In this document: positions 1 through 9,983 of the stretch, piece after piece | Layout: every line of letters starts with the position of its first letter | Numbering within the stretch: the first letter of the stretch is position 1 | Assembly: GCA_025350905.1 (NCBI GenBank) | Contig: JANXWY010000207.1 | Coordinates: forward strand, 7,747 to 71,746 | DNA: 64,000 nt | From: Verrucomicrobiota bacterium | Lineage (GTDB): Bacteria > Verrucomicrobiota > Verrucomicrobiia > Limisphaerales > JADLHS01 | Direction of reading: 5' to 3' | Position numbers and translations under genes: made by a program | Notes under the pieces: model-generated | Database searches by the model: none | Told to the model about the DNA's origin: nothing | The model's input: only the letters and a program-made list of their open reading frames with translations

Positions 1-3000
1 CCGATCAGCATCTGGTCATTTCCTGCGACGCCACGCAGGCTTCGGCCATCGCGCGGGCGCGCACGGGAGCGAGCTACATCATCCAAGGTCCTCCCGGCAC
101 GGGCAAATCCCAGACCATCACAAATCTCATTGCCGATTACGTCGCGCGCGGGAAGCGGGTCTTGTTCGTCTGCGAGAAGCGCGCGGCCATCGATGTCGTG
201 TTCCATCGCCTGCGCCAGCAGGGATTGGATGAGCTGTGTTGTCTGATTCACGATTCGCAAACGGACAAGAAGGCGTTCATCCAGAATCTCAAGCAGACCT
301 ATGAGAAGTTCCTGAGCCAGTCCGACCTTGATCCGGATGCCGAGAGAGTTCGGGGCACAACCTTGAAGGCGATGGAACAAGATCTGGCGAGTTTGCGGCG
401 TTTCTCTGATGTGATGCGACAGGTGAATACTCACACCGGAGTCGCAGTCCGCTCATTGTTGCATCGGCTGGTTGAATTGCGCGGGCGGGCGGCCGAACTC
501 GCGCCGGAGATTGAAGACCTCCTTCCCGAATACCCGCTGTGGTTGCAACATGGGAATGTGATTGGCCGTCTGCAATCGGCACTTACCGATCTGGGTGAAG
601 AACTCTGCTTCGCGAAACATCCGTTGCGCTGGCTCGGCAAAGGCGTGTTGCAAGCCGACCGGCCGCTGGAGGCATTGTCAAAACACCTCGATGAAGCCGA
701 GGACTTGCTGGATGCAATTGAGAGCGCGTTGGAATTGTCCGGCCTGCCCGGTGAATTGTGGGATACCTTTGAGGAGATTCAGACGATCCTGGAATTTTCC
801 GTGCGCGTCCGTCCGCTGGCCGAGCGCAACCTGGTTGGAGTGCTAACCCATGGCCCGGTCGAAGACACTTTTACCGCGCTCGCCACTGAACTCGATAAAA
901 AGGCCAGGGCACTTCAAAAGGCGCACGAGAAAACTGCTGCCTGGCGCGAACCTCTGTCGCCGGATGATACGGAGAACGCATTGAGTCAGGCGCAGTCCTT
1001 CGAGAAGTCCATCTTCCGTTTTCTCCAACCCGCGTTCTGGCGGCTTAAGAAGACATTGCAGGTGCGCTATGACTTCTCTCAACACGCGGTTGCACCGGTA
1101 TGGAGTAAAATTCTGGGCGATTTATCGGCGCGCCACAAATCCGAGGGGGAGTGGGAAGCGCTTCGGCAGAAGGCCTCCGCCGATTGGCGCGTGGAGGACG
1201 TGGATGCGTTCCGCGCACAGGTGGTGGCCTTGAAAGGCGAACAGAGCCTGTCACATCCCTCCGTTAGGGCGCTGCTTAAGGTGCTGACTGAATCGGCTGA
1301 CGCGGCCGCGCTCATCGAGAATCTGTCTGGCATCCACGACCGCTTTTCAGCGCTGGATTTGACCCTGAGCACCGCGTTGGCGGAATACGAGCAGTTTGAA
1401 TTTCCGGAACTGGCAGAAGTGCTGGGCAAGTTGCGCGAGCAAGCCGGCACGCTGGCCGAACTGTCTCCCGTCCTGGCGGAAGTCACCGAACTCCCCGATT
1501 CTTTTACGCACGCTCTGCGGCATGCGCCCGTGCCATTGAATGAATTCGAAGCGGCGGTCGGCCACAAGAGTATCAATTGTGTTTACCGGGCGGATCGCGC
1601 GGTGAATCGCTTCGAAGGTCGCACGCTCCTCCGCAAGATGGAGCAGTTGGAGAAACGTTACCGCGAGTGGCTCGGTCTGAACGCGAGGTGCATCCGGATG
1701 GCGGTGCGACAGAAATTTCTCGAGCACGTCAACATCTCGTCACTATCCGCCGCCCAACTAAATCAGGAGCAGAAGGCGTTCAAGAAATCCTACGCGGCAG
1801 GTCGGCGTGACCTCGAACACGAGTTCGGCAAGACGATGCGCTACAAATCCATTCGTGATCTGGCCGCGGGCGACACCGGTCAGGTCATTCAGGATTTGAA
1901 ACCCATCTGGCTCATGAGTCCGCTTAGCGTTTCGGATACGCTGCCGCTTGATCCCGATCTGTTCGACGTGGTGATCTTTGACGAGGCGAGCCAGATTCCC
2001 ATGGAGGAAGCGATCCCGGCGATCTACCGCTCCCACCAGGCCATTGTCGTCGGCGACGAGATGCAATTGCCGCCCACAACGTTCTTCGCGAGCGCCCGCA
2101 CCGAGGATGAAAGCGTGATCGTCGAGGAAGAAGGAGAGCGCATTGAAGTGGATTTGGATTCCGACAGCTTCCTCACACAGTCCGCGCAGAATCTGCCGTC
2201 CACGCTGCTGGCCTGGCATTATCGCAGCCGCTACGAGTCGCTCATCAGCTTTTCCAATGCGGCGTTCTACAGCGGCAATCTTTACACTATCCCGGACCGC
2301 CAGCGCGCCATTGCCGACCGGCCCGAGTTGATTGTCACCGCTGCTGAGCAAGGCGGCACGAACGTGGACGCACTTCTCGCGCGCAGCATCAGCTTTCACT
2401 TCATGGAAAACGGCCTCTATGAGGATCGCCGCAATCCAAATGAAGCCGCTTACATCGCGCAACTCGTGCGGAGCATTCTCCAGCGCGACACCAAGATGAG
2501 CATTGGCTTGGTGGCATTCTCCGAGGCGCAGCAAAGCGAACTCGAAACAGCGCTGAGCCGGTTGGCCGACGAGGACGCCGCCTTCGCCGCGCAGTTGGAG
2601 ACAGAATACGTCCGCGAGGAGAACGATGTGTTCTGCGGGCTGTTCGTGAAGAATCTGGAGAACGTGCAGGGCGATGAGCGCGACATCATCATCATGAGCG
2701 TCTGTTACGGCCACGACGCCAACGGTCGGATGTTGATGAACTTCGGTCCAATCAACCAGCGCGGCGGCGAGAAGCGTCTGAACGTCATCTTCTCCCGCGC
2801 AAAGCATCACATGGCGATCGTGAGTTCCATCCGCCATCCCGACATCACCAACGACTACAACGACGGCGCGAACAGTCTGAAGAATTTCCTGCACTACGCC
2901 GAAGCCGTGTCAAAGGGCGATGAAGCCGCCGCGCGGCGCGTGTTGGAAAATCTGAATCCGCTCAGCCGCAAGGCGCTGGCGCCGTTGAGCAAAGGCGACG

Positions 3001-3674
3001 CGGTGGTGGAGCAACTGGCAGGGGCACTTCGCGAGCGCGGTCATGCCGTGGACCTGAACGTCGGCCAGTCGAAATTCCGCTGCGACCTCGCCGTGCGCGG
3101 CAATGCCGACAGCCTTTATCAACTAGGCATCCTCGTGGACACGGATGGGCATTATGCGAATCCCAATTTGCTCGACCGCTACCTTATGCAGCCGTCCATC
3201 CTGCGGGCATTTGGTTGGCGGTTCGCTTTGGTGCTGACGAAAGACTGGTATCACAACCCGGATGATGTTCTGGCCCGGATTGAGAAACTTTTGCAGGGGC
3301 AGGAAGCGACGGATGAATTGACTGCGGACAGTGACGAGCCAGAGGAATTACCTGCGCCAGTTGCCTCCGAACCGCCCGCCACGGTTGTCCCACCACCAGC
3401 ATTGCCAAGAGAACCCGCCTCTCCGCCGGCAGTCAAAGCAACACCCACCAGTAACCCAGACGCAGCTTCGGTTCGGCGATTTGAGTTTGTTGGCGGTTCA
3501 TCGCAGAAATTCTGGGAAATCTCAGTGTCTGGCAATTCGTTCACCGTGCGGTTCGGTCGGATTGGAACAGCGGGCCAGTCGCAGACCAAGACATTCGCTG
3601 ATGAAGCCAAAGCGAAACGCGAGGCCGCGGGTTTGATCGCAGAGAAGATGAAGAAGGGCTACGTTGAGAAATGA
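1..3674 (+). CDS. SF1 (Upf1/DNA2-like) helicase, 5'-truncated at the window edge, with a C-terminal restriction-endonuclease-like region, a Pro-rich linker and a terminal WGR domain
   Basis: Reading frame 3 is open from nt 3, upstream of the ATG-ORF 162..3674. GPPGTGKS Walker A at ~87-110. Then VIFDEASQ (motif II), [11 protein letters not shown] (III), LAWHYRS (IV), [12 protein letters not shown] (V) and [10 protein letters not shown] (VI). [10 protein letters not shown]...[11 protein letters not shown] nuclease-like core at ~3060-3290. The last 66 aa (3474-3671), [35 protein letters not shown]..., match the WGR signature. Confidence 0.9.
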   Translation, partial: DQHLVISCDATQASAIARARTGASYIIQGPPGTGKSQTITNLIADYVARGKRVLFVCEKRAAIDVVFHRLRQQGLDELCCLIHDSQTDKKAFIQNLKQTYEKFLSQSDLDPDAERVRGTTLKAMEQDLASLRRFSDVMRQVNTHTGVAVRSLLHRLVELRGRAAELAPEIEDLLPEYPLWLQHGNVIGRLQSALTDLGEELCFAKHPLRWLGKGVLQADRPLEALSKHLDEAEDLLDAIESALELSGLPGELWDTFEEIQTILEFSVRVRPLAERNLVGVLTHGPVEDTFTALATELDKKARALQKAHEKTAAWREPLSPDDTENALSQAQSFEKSIFRFLQPAFWRLKKTLQVRYDFSQHAVAPVWSKILGDLSARHKSEGEWEALRQKASADWRVEDVDAFRAQVVALKGEQSLSHPSVRALLKVLTESADAAALIENLSGIHDRFSALDLTLSTALAEYEQFEFPELAEVLGKLREQAGTLAELSPVLAEVTELPDSFTHALRHAPVPLNEFEAAVGHKSINCVYRADRAVNRFEGRTLLRKMEQLEKRYREWLGLNARCIRMAVRQKFLEHVNISSLSAAQLNQEQKAFKKSYAAGRRDLEHEFGKTMRYKSIRDLAAGDTGQVIQDLKPIWLMSPLSVSDTLPLDPDLFDVVIFDEASQIPMEEAIPAIYRSHQAIVVGDEMQLPPTTFFASARTEDESVIVEEEGERIEVDLDSDSFLTQSAQNLPSTLLAWHYRSRYESLISFSNAAFYSGNLYTIPDRQRAIADRPELIVTAAEQGGTNVDALLARSISFHFMENGLYEDRRNPNEAAYIAQLVRSILQRDTKMSIGLVAFSEAQQSELETALSRLADEDAAFAAQLETEYVREENDVFCGLFVKNLENVQGDERDIIIMSVCYGHDANGRMLMNFGPINQRGGEKRLNVIFSRAKHHMAIVSSIRHPDITNDYNDGANSLKNFLHYAEAVSKGDEAAARRVLENLNPLSRKALAPLSKGDAVVEQLAGALRERGHAVDLNVGQSKFRCDLAVRGNADSLYQLGILVDTDGHYANPNLLDRYLMQPSILRAFGWRFALVLTKDWYHNPDDVLARIEKLLQGQEATDELTADSDEPEELPAPVASEPPATVVPPPALPREPASPPAVKATPTSNPDAASVRRFEFVGGSSQKFWEISVSGNSFTVRFGRIGTAGQSQTKTFADEAKAKREAAGLIAEKMKKGYVEK

Positions 3675-3777
3675 CAATACGTGGGTGCGCTTGAAATTTG
3701 CATTTCTGGTTTGAGCCCGAGGCGATAGTCTTTGGCCTCTTGCTTGATTCTCGTGACGTAGTTCAATCATGGTTAGA

Positions 3778-3800
3778 GCGTTGGTTAAACGGACACCAAA
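3778..3800. repeat. Left copy of the 23-nt direct-repeat core flanking hipBA (GCGTTGGTTAAACGGACACCAAA)
   Basis: 22/23 identical to 5528-5550. Weaker similarity continues about 35 nt to the right of both copies (GATAT..GGATAA..CCG). Confidence 0.75.
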
Positions 3801-3883
3801 GGGATATTTGAAACGCAACAGTGGGGATAACCGTGCAAGCGTAGCTTTAACTGTGCGTCCTATTCCAAGCAGAACTAGGAATG

Positions 3884-5113
3884 CTATTTGCCGAGCAATC
3901 GTCTGGCTTCATCCATAAGCGGATGTTCAAACGCACTGGCGTAAGCATCGAGCGTGGATGCTTTGAGGCGTAGTTGCCGTCCAGTCTTGCGCCAGCCGGA
4001 AGCAGCAGCGAAAACTTCGCGGAGAATTTTCTTCAACTCCGTCGCCTTGAGGCCAAAGCGTCCGGCGGCGGCCAATGCGCCAGCAATGGTCGATTCTGCT
4101 TGATCCTCGGTGATGGCAGTTTTGCTCATGCGAGCGCGGTCGATTTCGGGCACGGGGTTGAGATCGTAGGCGGGTGAAAGTGACCAGCGTCCCGGTTCGT
4201 GCATCAGAAAACCATGATTGCGAAGGTGGTCGTCATAATTGCTGGCAAGGAGTGAGAAGAGAAGGCGACGCCACAATTCGCGGAGGTCGCCGGGGACATC
4301 ATTCCCAAATTGGCGGACGCCGTCGGCCAACAGGGTGTAAGCACCAGAATCGCCTTGCGGCAGGCCCAGCAATGTCGCCGCAGAAATGAACGGAATACGG
4401 TTTTTTCCAGCGCGATCAAAGCGAGTGATAACGGCGACGCTTTGTGAGCCGACAGACACGAGCCGATGTTCCGCGACCTGGATGCCCGCTTGTCCGGCGA
4501 GGGTGAGGGCAAGAATTTCGCCCGCCCCAATGTCTCGAGTGTCGTCGGGTTTGGGAAACTTCGCGATGGCAAGCCGATCATCACCCAGACTGACTGCTGA
4601 TTTGGGCCGGGCACCGCCGAGCGGTGAACCCGCGCCGAGGAGGAAGCGTAAATCTTGGGCGGTTTCAGTCTCGCTGTGAATTGCGTCCGTGGCGTGAAGA
4701 AGAGCGTTGAGGCGTACCAGAGGCGGCAGCTTGCCGCTGGCAGCCGCGAGGAACGGGCTGTTGGCCTCAAACCGGAAGCGTAACGCACCGATGCGCGACG
4801 CATCGTCAAGCGCCAGCACGTAGTCAATGTCACGATACGGCTTTTGGGCGAGAACTTTCTTGCGGACGGCGCGCTCAATCAAGATGCGACCCCAACGGTC
4901 AGGCCCGCAGTCCTGAATGGCTCCGAAGAGCATCCTGCCATGATGAGCGCCGCGTTGCAGCGGAAGCGATGTGGGGTCAATAGCGAAGGCGTCAACACGC
5001 TGGAGCCAATCCGTCTCATACTCAAATGAGACGGACGAACCCTGTTCAGCTCCGTGGAGCCGCCCAACGAGATAGGGCTGTCCCTTCCAATCAACATGGA
5101 CTTCCAAGCTCAT
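3884..5113 (-). CDS. hipA: HipA-family Ser/Thr kinase toxin (type II TA)
   Basis: 409-aa ORF. HipA N-terminal-like start (VDWKGQPYLVGRL...SFEYETDWL). Gly-rich loop GSPLGGARPKSAV. Catalytic-loop motif SNYDDHLRNHGFL and SPAYDLNP. ATGA overlap with the upstream HTH gene. Confidence 0.9.
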   Translation of the reverse strand: MSLEVHVDWKGQPYLVGRLHGAEQGSSVSFEYETDWLQRVDAFAIDPTSLPLQRGAHHGRMLFGAIQDCGPDRWGRILIERAVRKKVLAQKPYRDIDYVLALDDASRIGALRFRFEANSPFLAAASGKLPPLVRLNALLHATDAIHSETETAQDLRFLLGAGSPLGGARPKSAVSLGDDRLAIAKFPKPDDTRDIGAGEILALTLAGQAGIQVAEHRLVSVGSQSVAVITRFDRAGKNRIPFISAATLLGLPQGDSGAYTLLADGVRQFGNDVPGDLRELWRRLLFSLLASNYDDHLRNHGFLMHEPGRWSLSPAYDLNPVPEIDRARMSKTAITEDQAESTIAGALAAAGRFGLKATELKKILREVFAAASGWRKTGRQLRLKASTLDAYASAFEHPLMDEARRLLGK

Positions 5114-5424
5114 GTTCGTGGGCGGTGAATACGCTGTGGCAGACGACGCTCGTCTAAACTGAGAGCGAGTTCATCGCTTGCGGGCGCAGCAAGATTTGCC
5201 AGCCGGTCATGCAACTTGAGAATGAATGTTGCCGTTACCAAAGTGCCAAGTGCGACTGACGGGTCGCCACGCTCAAGCCGCCAGAGCGTATCGCGGCTGA
5301 CAAAAAGCCGACCCGCCATATCGCTCGTTGAGATGCCGCGCTTGCGCCGCGCGAGCGCAAGATCGCGGCCCAGCTTGCGGAGCGCATGGGCGGCCGGCAA
5401 CGGCATGGAGCCAGTTTTTGACAT
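5110..5424 (-). CDS. hipB: XRE-family helix-turn-helix antitoxin (HipB-like)
   Basis: 104-aa ORF with an HTH (RKRGISTSDMAGRLFVSRDTLWRLERGDPSVALGTL). Its stop overlaps the hipA start at 5110-5113. Confidence 0.85.
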   Translation of the reverse strand: MSKTGSMPLPAAHALRKLGRDLALARRKRGISTSDMAGRLFVSRDTLWRLERGDPSVALGTLVTATFILKLHDRLANLAAPASDELALSLDERRLPQRIHRPRT

Positions 5425-5527
5425 GCATTTAGCGTCCTGTATTGCAGACGTAATGTCAATTAGTGTCTTATTCCTCTTACGCTAATATTTGACTGCCACA
5501 GAAGCGCAACTATTCCACGGCTAATTC

Positions 5528-5562
5528 GCGTTGATTAAACGGACACCAAAACGGACACCAAA
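5528..5562. repeat. Right copy of the 23-nt direct-repeat core, followed by a tandem duplication of the 12-mer ACGGACACCAAA
   Basis: GCGTTGATTAAACGGACACCAAA followed by ACGGACACCAAA. Lies about 104 nt upstream of the hipB start. Confidence 0.75.
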
Positions 5563-6017
5563 CGGCTTAAAAAAGATATGTTCGGATAAAACCGATTATG
5601 CTTGAATCGCCAATAGAATCAGGCATATTTGAACTGCAATCGCTGGAAAAGTCGGTCAATCCCGACCATTGGCTCCATTTCCCGCCGGTAGCTTCATCAA
5701 GCATGTGGAAGCGGGTTCACACGCGCTTCCAAAGTACCCCAGCCTTGATCGCTGGCAGGCGACAACGGCGAAGCACCGATAACATTGGCTTCACGGCGGT
5801 TTGCACCGCGCACCGCGCAGGCGGGCAGGACGGCGCGCCGAGCAACCTTGGGTCGCGCTGAGGATGGGATCGGTTTCGAATGGAAACTGCTGCCGCGGCC
5901 TCAGGCGGAGACGATTCCAGGCGCGGCCACGCGTCGAGGCGACCGATAAACTTTGACCCGCACCGAAACTTTTTTTAGGCTCCAGCGTTAAGTCATTCGG
6001 ACTGACAGTAAAAGCAA

Positions 6018-7760
6018 ATGGCCTTTAATTCCGTCAAAATTTTGTTCGCTTCCGTGCTCGGGGTGATGCCCGAGCAGTATGACGAGGTGCGCAAGGCCTG
6101 GGCCGTGGCGGTCGACAACGGCTCGGCGGAGTCGTTTCTCGCGTTCCTCGGACGGGAGTGCGGCATGGCGGAGGATATTTTTCTCCAGCGGCTGGCCGCC
6201 GGTTTGAACTGGCCGTATGTCGAACTGGGCAAACTCATCATCGAGAACGAGGCGCGCGCAAAAATTTCCACCAAAGTCGCCTTTCAATACATTGTCCTCC
6301 CCACGGTGCTGAAAGACGGAACGGTACAGATTGCGGTCAGCAACCCGTTCGATACGGCGATGCTCAACGCCGTCCGCTTCGATGCTCACGGGCCGGTGCA
6401 GTTCGCCCTCGCGCCCCGGGCCGAGATCGAGAAGGCGCTCAAGAAGTATTACGGCGTCGGCGCGGAAACGCTGGACGAGATGGACGAGGAAATGCCGTTG
6501 GATCTCGATCTGCCGCTGGACAAGGAGATCACGGAAGGCGATCAGGACGCCAGCGTCATCAAATTTGTCAACCAGGTCATCTGGGAAGCCTATAAGGAGC
6601 GGGCCACCGACATTCACTTGGAGCCCCAGGAAGACGAGCTCCGGATCCGCTATCGGATTGACGGCATTCTGCACCAGACCCCCATGCCGCCGCAGTTGAA
6701 GCGCTTTCAGGCCGCGCTGATCTCGCGCCTCAAGGTCATGAGCGGGATGAACATTTCCGAAAAACGTCTACCGCAGGATGGCCGCATCAATGTCCGCATC
6801 AAGGGGGAGGAAATTGACATCCGCGTTTCGACCGTGCCGACGGTTTATGGGGAGAGCGTATCCCTGCGGTTGCTCGCGCGCGGAAAAATTTTCCTCAGTC
6901 TCGACAAGCTGGGTTTCTCGCCGGTGGACGAAGCCGCCATCCGCGAACTGATCGTCAAGCCGCACGGCATCATGCTCGTCACCGGTCCAACCGGTTCCGG
7001 CAAATCCACGTCGCTGTATGCGATGATGAGCACGATCAACTCGGTCCACAAACGCATCATCACCGTGGAAGAGCCGGTGGAGTACGAGCTCAAAGGCATC
7101 AATCAGATTGCGGTGCGCCCGGAAATCGGGCTGACGTTCGCCGTGGGCCTGCGCCATATTTTGCGCCAGGATCCGAATGTCATCATGGTCGGGGAAATTC
7201 GCGACCTGGAAACCGCCGAGATCGCCATTCGCGCGGCGCTCACCGGGCATCTGGTGTTCAGCACCCTGCACACAAACGATGCACCGAGTGCCTTCACGCG
7301 TTTGATTGACATGGGGATCGAGCCGTTCCTGGTAGCGTCCTCCATCGAGGCGATCATGGCGCAACGGTTGGTCCGCACGATCTGCCCGGTCTGCAAGGCG
7401 GAACAAAAGGTGGAGCGGGAGTACCTGCGCAAGATTGGTTTTCCGGAAGCGCAGATTGCCACCACGCGCTTCATGAAGGGCGCGGGCTGTGAAGAGTGCC
7501 GGCAACTGGGTTATCAAGGCCGGCTGGCCATCTATGAACTCCTCGTTTTGAACGAAGAATTGCGCCCCCACATTCTGGGTCGCGCGGCGTCCTCGACAAT
7601 TGCCCAGCGCGCCGTCGAGTTGGGGATGCGAACGTTGCGCGACGACGGATGGAACAAGGTCAAAGCCGGCACCACCACCATCGAGGAAGTCTTGCGCGTT
7701 ACGCAGATTGAGGAACACCTCGACTCGCTGGGCAGCCCGAAAAAACCGGTATTGGCATGA
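6018..7760 (+). CDS. GspE/PilB-family secretion ATPase (type II secretion / type IV pilus assembly)
   Basis: 580 aa. T2SSE_N-like N-domain (IVLPTVLKDGTVQIAVSNPFD). Walker A VTGPTGSGKSTS. IMVGEIRD and TGHLVFSTLHTND boxes. Tetracysteine CPVC...CEEC. Confidence 0.9.
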   Translation: MAFNSVKILFASVLGVMPEQYDEVRKAWAVAVDNGSAESFLAFLGRECGMAEDIFLQRLAAGLNWPYVELGKLIIENEARAKISTKVAFQYIVLPTVLKDGTVQIAVSNPFDTAMLNAVRFDAHGPVQFALAPRAEIEKALKKYYGVGAETLDEMDEEMPLDLDLPLDKEITEGDQDASVIKFVNQVIWEAYKERATDIHLEPQEDELRIRYRIDGILHQTPMPPQLKRFQAALISRLKVMSGMNISEKRLPQDGRINVRIKGEEIDIRVSTVPTVYGESVSLRLLARGKIFLSLDKLGFSPVDEAAIRELIVKPHGIMLVTGPTGSGKSTSLYAMMSTINSVHKRIITVEEPVEYELKGINQIAVRPEIGLTFAVGLRHILRQDPNVIMVGEIRDLETAEIAIRAALTGHLVFSTLHTNDAPSAFTRLIDMGIEPFLVASSIEAIMAQRLVRTICPVCKAEQKVEREYLRKIGFPEAQIATTRFMKGAGCEECRQLGYQGRLAIYELLVLNEELRPHILGRAASSTIAQRAVELGMRTLRDDGWNKVKAGTTTIEEVLRVTQIEEHLDSLGSPKKPVLA

Positions 7761-7875
7761 AGCCGGCCCACCCCATGAGCAGCCACTACCGCAACTGCGG
7801 AAACACGAATGACCACTGGCACCGGGCCGAGTTTGTTTTCTCCTTTCGTCATTCTTCCTCCGTCAACCCCTGACC

Positions 7876-9270
7876 ATGGCGCGGCTTAACACTTGCACGG
7901 TTTTGCAGAGCACCCCGGAACGGCGGCAGCTCTGGCAATTTAACGCCCAGGGCAACTTCCCGCTCGCACGCGAACAATCCGCTCCGGTGGGTGATCCGCT
8001 GCCGGTGGGGCTGGCGCAAAAAAGCTGGTCCGAAATTTGGCAACCCAAACTCAATGTTGCCTGGCTGCCGGCGGACAAAGTGTTTCTCCGCGTGGTTCAG
8101 TTTCCCACCAGCTCGCCCGCCGAGACGCGCGCCATGGTGGAGCTGCAATTGGAAAAGCTTTCACCCTTTCCGGTCACGCAAATGGTGTGGAGTCTCTGTC
8201 CCCTACCGCCCAGCCCCAATGCTGCGGCCGGCAAATTGCAGACCATCATCGTCGTTTTTGTCGAGCGCAAGGTGGTCGAAGAATTTCTGGGGCAGTTGGA
8301 AGATCAAGGTTACCTCGCCGACCGGCTGGAGCTGGACGTCTTGGACCAGTTGACCGCGGCCGACGCCAGCGAAAACGGCGCGTGGGTTTATCCCGGCGCC
8401 TGGGGTCAGCGCCAGACGGCCCTGGTGGCCTGGTGGTTTGACGGCACGCTGCAGAACCTCAGCACGATCTCGCTCCCGGTGACCGGTGACGCCGCCCTGG
8501 CGCTGCACGAACAACTCTCGCAGATGACGTGGGGCGCCGAACTCGAAGGCTGGCTGACCAAGACGCCCAACTGGACGCTCGTGGCGAACGATGCCGCGGT
8601 CGCGGAATGGGAGCCGCCGCTGCGCAAGGCCCTCGACGCCCCGATTCAACTCGTCCAACCGTTGAAGCCCGCCGAGTTGGCCGCGCTGACCGCCCGGCGC
8701 GTCGCGCGCACCGACGGGGCAACGAATCTGGTACCCGGCGAGATTTCCACCCGCTACCGCAATCAGTTCTGGGACAGCCTGTGGCTGCGCGGCGGCTTGG
8801 CGGTGGGCGGCTTGTACTTGCTTGGCATCACGATTTATTTCGGCGCGTTATTCGTGCAGGACTTCCGCGTCAGTCGCATCGAAGCGCAAGTCACGGGGCT
8901 GGGTGCGAGTTACACCAACGCCATCCAGTTGCGGGAACGTTACCAAGTGCTCAAGACGCGGCAGGAGTTGAAATTCGCCGCGCTGGAATGCTGGAAGACC
9001 ACGGCGGAGTTGCTGCCCGAGAATGTCCAGCTCGACAGTTTTGGTTTCGCGGATGGCCACAAGCTCACGCTGGCGGGTACCGCCGCGGCCGACAAAGTCA
9101 ACGACGTGGGCGAATTCTACGGCGTCATGCGCAAGGCCCAGCTCAAAGGCCAGCCGATGTTCGACATCGGCGTGAAAAAAGGCCAGGAACTCAGCACCCG
9201 GCTCGGCCCCGGCGGCACGGTGGTGAACTGGAGTTTCGGGTTGGAACTCAAACGAACGGAGGGCGAATGA
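7876..9270 (+). CDS. Bitopic assembly protein, GspL-like (fused PilM-like cytoplasmic domain, TM, PilN-like periplasmic domain)
   Basis: 464 aa. LPADKVFLRVVQFPTSSPAETRAMVELQLEKLSPFP resembles the GspL/PilM N-terminal signature. Single TM GGLAVGGLYLLGITIYFGALFV at about aa 305-325. About 140-aa C-terminal tail with a PilN-like LLPENVQLDSFGF...LTLAGTA. Confidence 0.6.
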   Translation: MARLNTCTVLQSTPERRQLWQFNAQGNFPLAREQSAPVGDPLPVGLAQKSWSEIWQPKLNVAWLPADKVFLRVVQFPTSSPAETRAMVELQLEKLSPFPVTQMVWSLCPLPPSPNAAAGKLQTIIVVFVERKVVEEFLGQLEDQGYLADRLELDVLDQLTAADASENGAWVYPGAWGQRQTALVAWWFDGTLQNLSTISLPVTGDAALALHEQLSQMTWGAELEGWLTKTPNWTLVANDAAVAEWEPPLRKALDAPIQLVQPLKPAELAALTARRVARTDGATNLVPGEISTRYRNQFWDSLWLRGGLAVGGLYLLGITIYFGALFVQDFRVSRIEAQVTGLGASYTNAIQLRERYQVLKTRQELKFAALECWKTTAELLPENVQLDSFGFADGHKLTLAGTAAADKVNDVGEFYGVMRKAQLKGQPMFDIGVKKGQELSTRLGPGGTVVNWSFGLELKRTEGE

Positions 9271-9983
9271 AAGCACTCCTCGCCCGCTTTACCGCCTACT
9301 TCGCCCGGCTCAGTTCGCTGGAACGCCGCTTCATTGTCGTCGCCATCGTGGTGGTGTTTGCCGTGGTCAACCTCTGGTTCGTGCTGCCCCGTTTCAACGA
9401 TTGGGGCCAAGTCCGCCACCGTCAGGAAACCGCCCTCGCCACCCGTGATAAATACGAGAAAGAGATCGCCCAAACCCCGACCTACAACAGCCAGATCAGC
9501 GCTTTGGAAAGCGAAGGCGTGGCCGTGCCGGTGGAAGATCAGTCCCTCAATATCTTCAATGCCATCAACAACCAGGCCGTCCAAAGCGGGGTCACCGTCA
9601 TGAACAACACCCCCCAACCGGAACGCACCAATCAGTTCTTTCTCGAGCGCTCCCAAACCCTAACCGTTCAGTCCGGCGAGGCGCAGTTGGTGGATTTCCT
9701 CTACAAACTGGGTGACGGCAATTCACTCATCCGGGTGCGCGCGCTCTCGCTCCGACCGGATGCCCCACGCCAGATTTTGGCCGGCAACCTCACTTTGATT
9801 GCCAGTTACCAAAAGAAACCGACGGCCCGACCGGCGCCCGCAGCGGCGAAGGCGACGGCCCCGGCGACGGCCCCGGTGACGGTGCCAAAGGCGACGGTGC
9901 CAAAGGCGACGGTGAAGACCAACAAGCCGCCCACGACCGTCCTGCCTGCTGCGTCCAAACCTGCAAAGCCAACCAAGAAATGA
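9267..9983 (+). CDS. GspM/PilO-like bitopic assembly protein with an Ala/Pro/Thr/Lys-rich tail
   Basis: The internal ATG of ORF 8529..9983 forms an ATGA overlap with the stop of 7876..9270. MKALLARF..., then TM FIVVAIVVVFAVVNLWFVL, a coiled-coil and a periplasmic domain. The 5' part of the long ORF is out-of-frame overlap and Arg/Gly-rich. Confidence 0.6.
   Translation: MKALLARFTAYFARLSSLERRFIVVAIVVVFAVVNLWFVLPRFNDWGQVRHRQETALATRDKYEKEIAQTPTYNSQISALESEGVAVPVEDQSLNIFNAINNQAVQSGVTVMNNTPQPERTNQFFLERSQTLTVQSGEAQLVDFLYKLGDGNSLIRVRALSLRPDAPRQILAGNLTLIASYQKKPTARPAPAAAKATAPATAPVTVPKATVPKATVKTNKPPTTVLPAASKPAKPTKK

Noticed and set aside
1758-2894. 378-aa ORF antisense to the helicase gene
   Set aside because: It lies opposite a gene with a complete, ordered SF1 motif set. 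Its Arg/Ala/Gly/His/Val-rich composition is typical of antisense frames in GC-rich DNA, and it has no recognisable motif.
5427-5487. ATTTAGCGT ... ACGCTAATA inverted repeat and a minus-strand TTGACA box just upstream of hipB
   Set aside because: The arms are short and separated by 43 nt. No acceptable -10 lies at a proper distance from the TTGACA. Not enough to call a promoter or operator.
5584-5601. GGATA-N8-TATGC, reminiscent of the E. coli HipB operator half-sites (TATCC-N8-GGATA)
   Set aside because: The half-site order is inverted, there is one mismatch, and it lies about 160 nt upstream of the hipB start, far from any promoter-like element. Likely coincidence.
5609-5677. tRNA-like 3' end: GTCGGTCAATCCCGACC resembles a T-arm, followed by ATTGGC-T-CCA that can pair with an upstream GCCAAT
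   Set aside because: The whole candidate is only about 69 nt. It has no D-arm or credible anticodon stem, and the T-loop would be 6 nt. It is at best a decayed tRNA/att remnant and not a callable gene. It would be worth a tRNAscan-SE/ARAGORN run because it lies beside the repeat-bracketed hipBA cassette.
5598-5861. 87-aa ORF in the hipB-to-ATPase intergenic region
   Set aside because: No RBS context or motif, and the composition is not protein-like (Ser/Arg/Ala-rich tail). It is most likely non-coding.
8529-9266. 5' extension of ORF 8529..9983, which would give a 484-aa protein
   Set aside because: The first 246 codons overlap the GspL-like gene out of frame and are Arg/Gly/Pro-rich. A clean ATGA-coupled start at 9267 yields a typical bitopic PilO/GspM-like protein.
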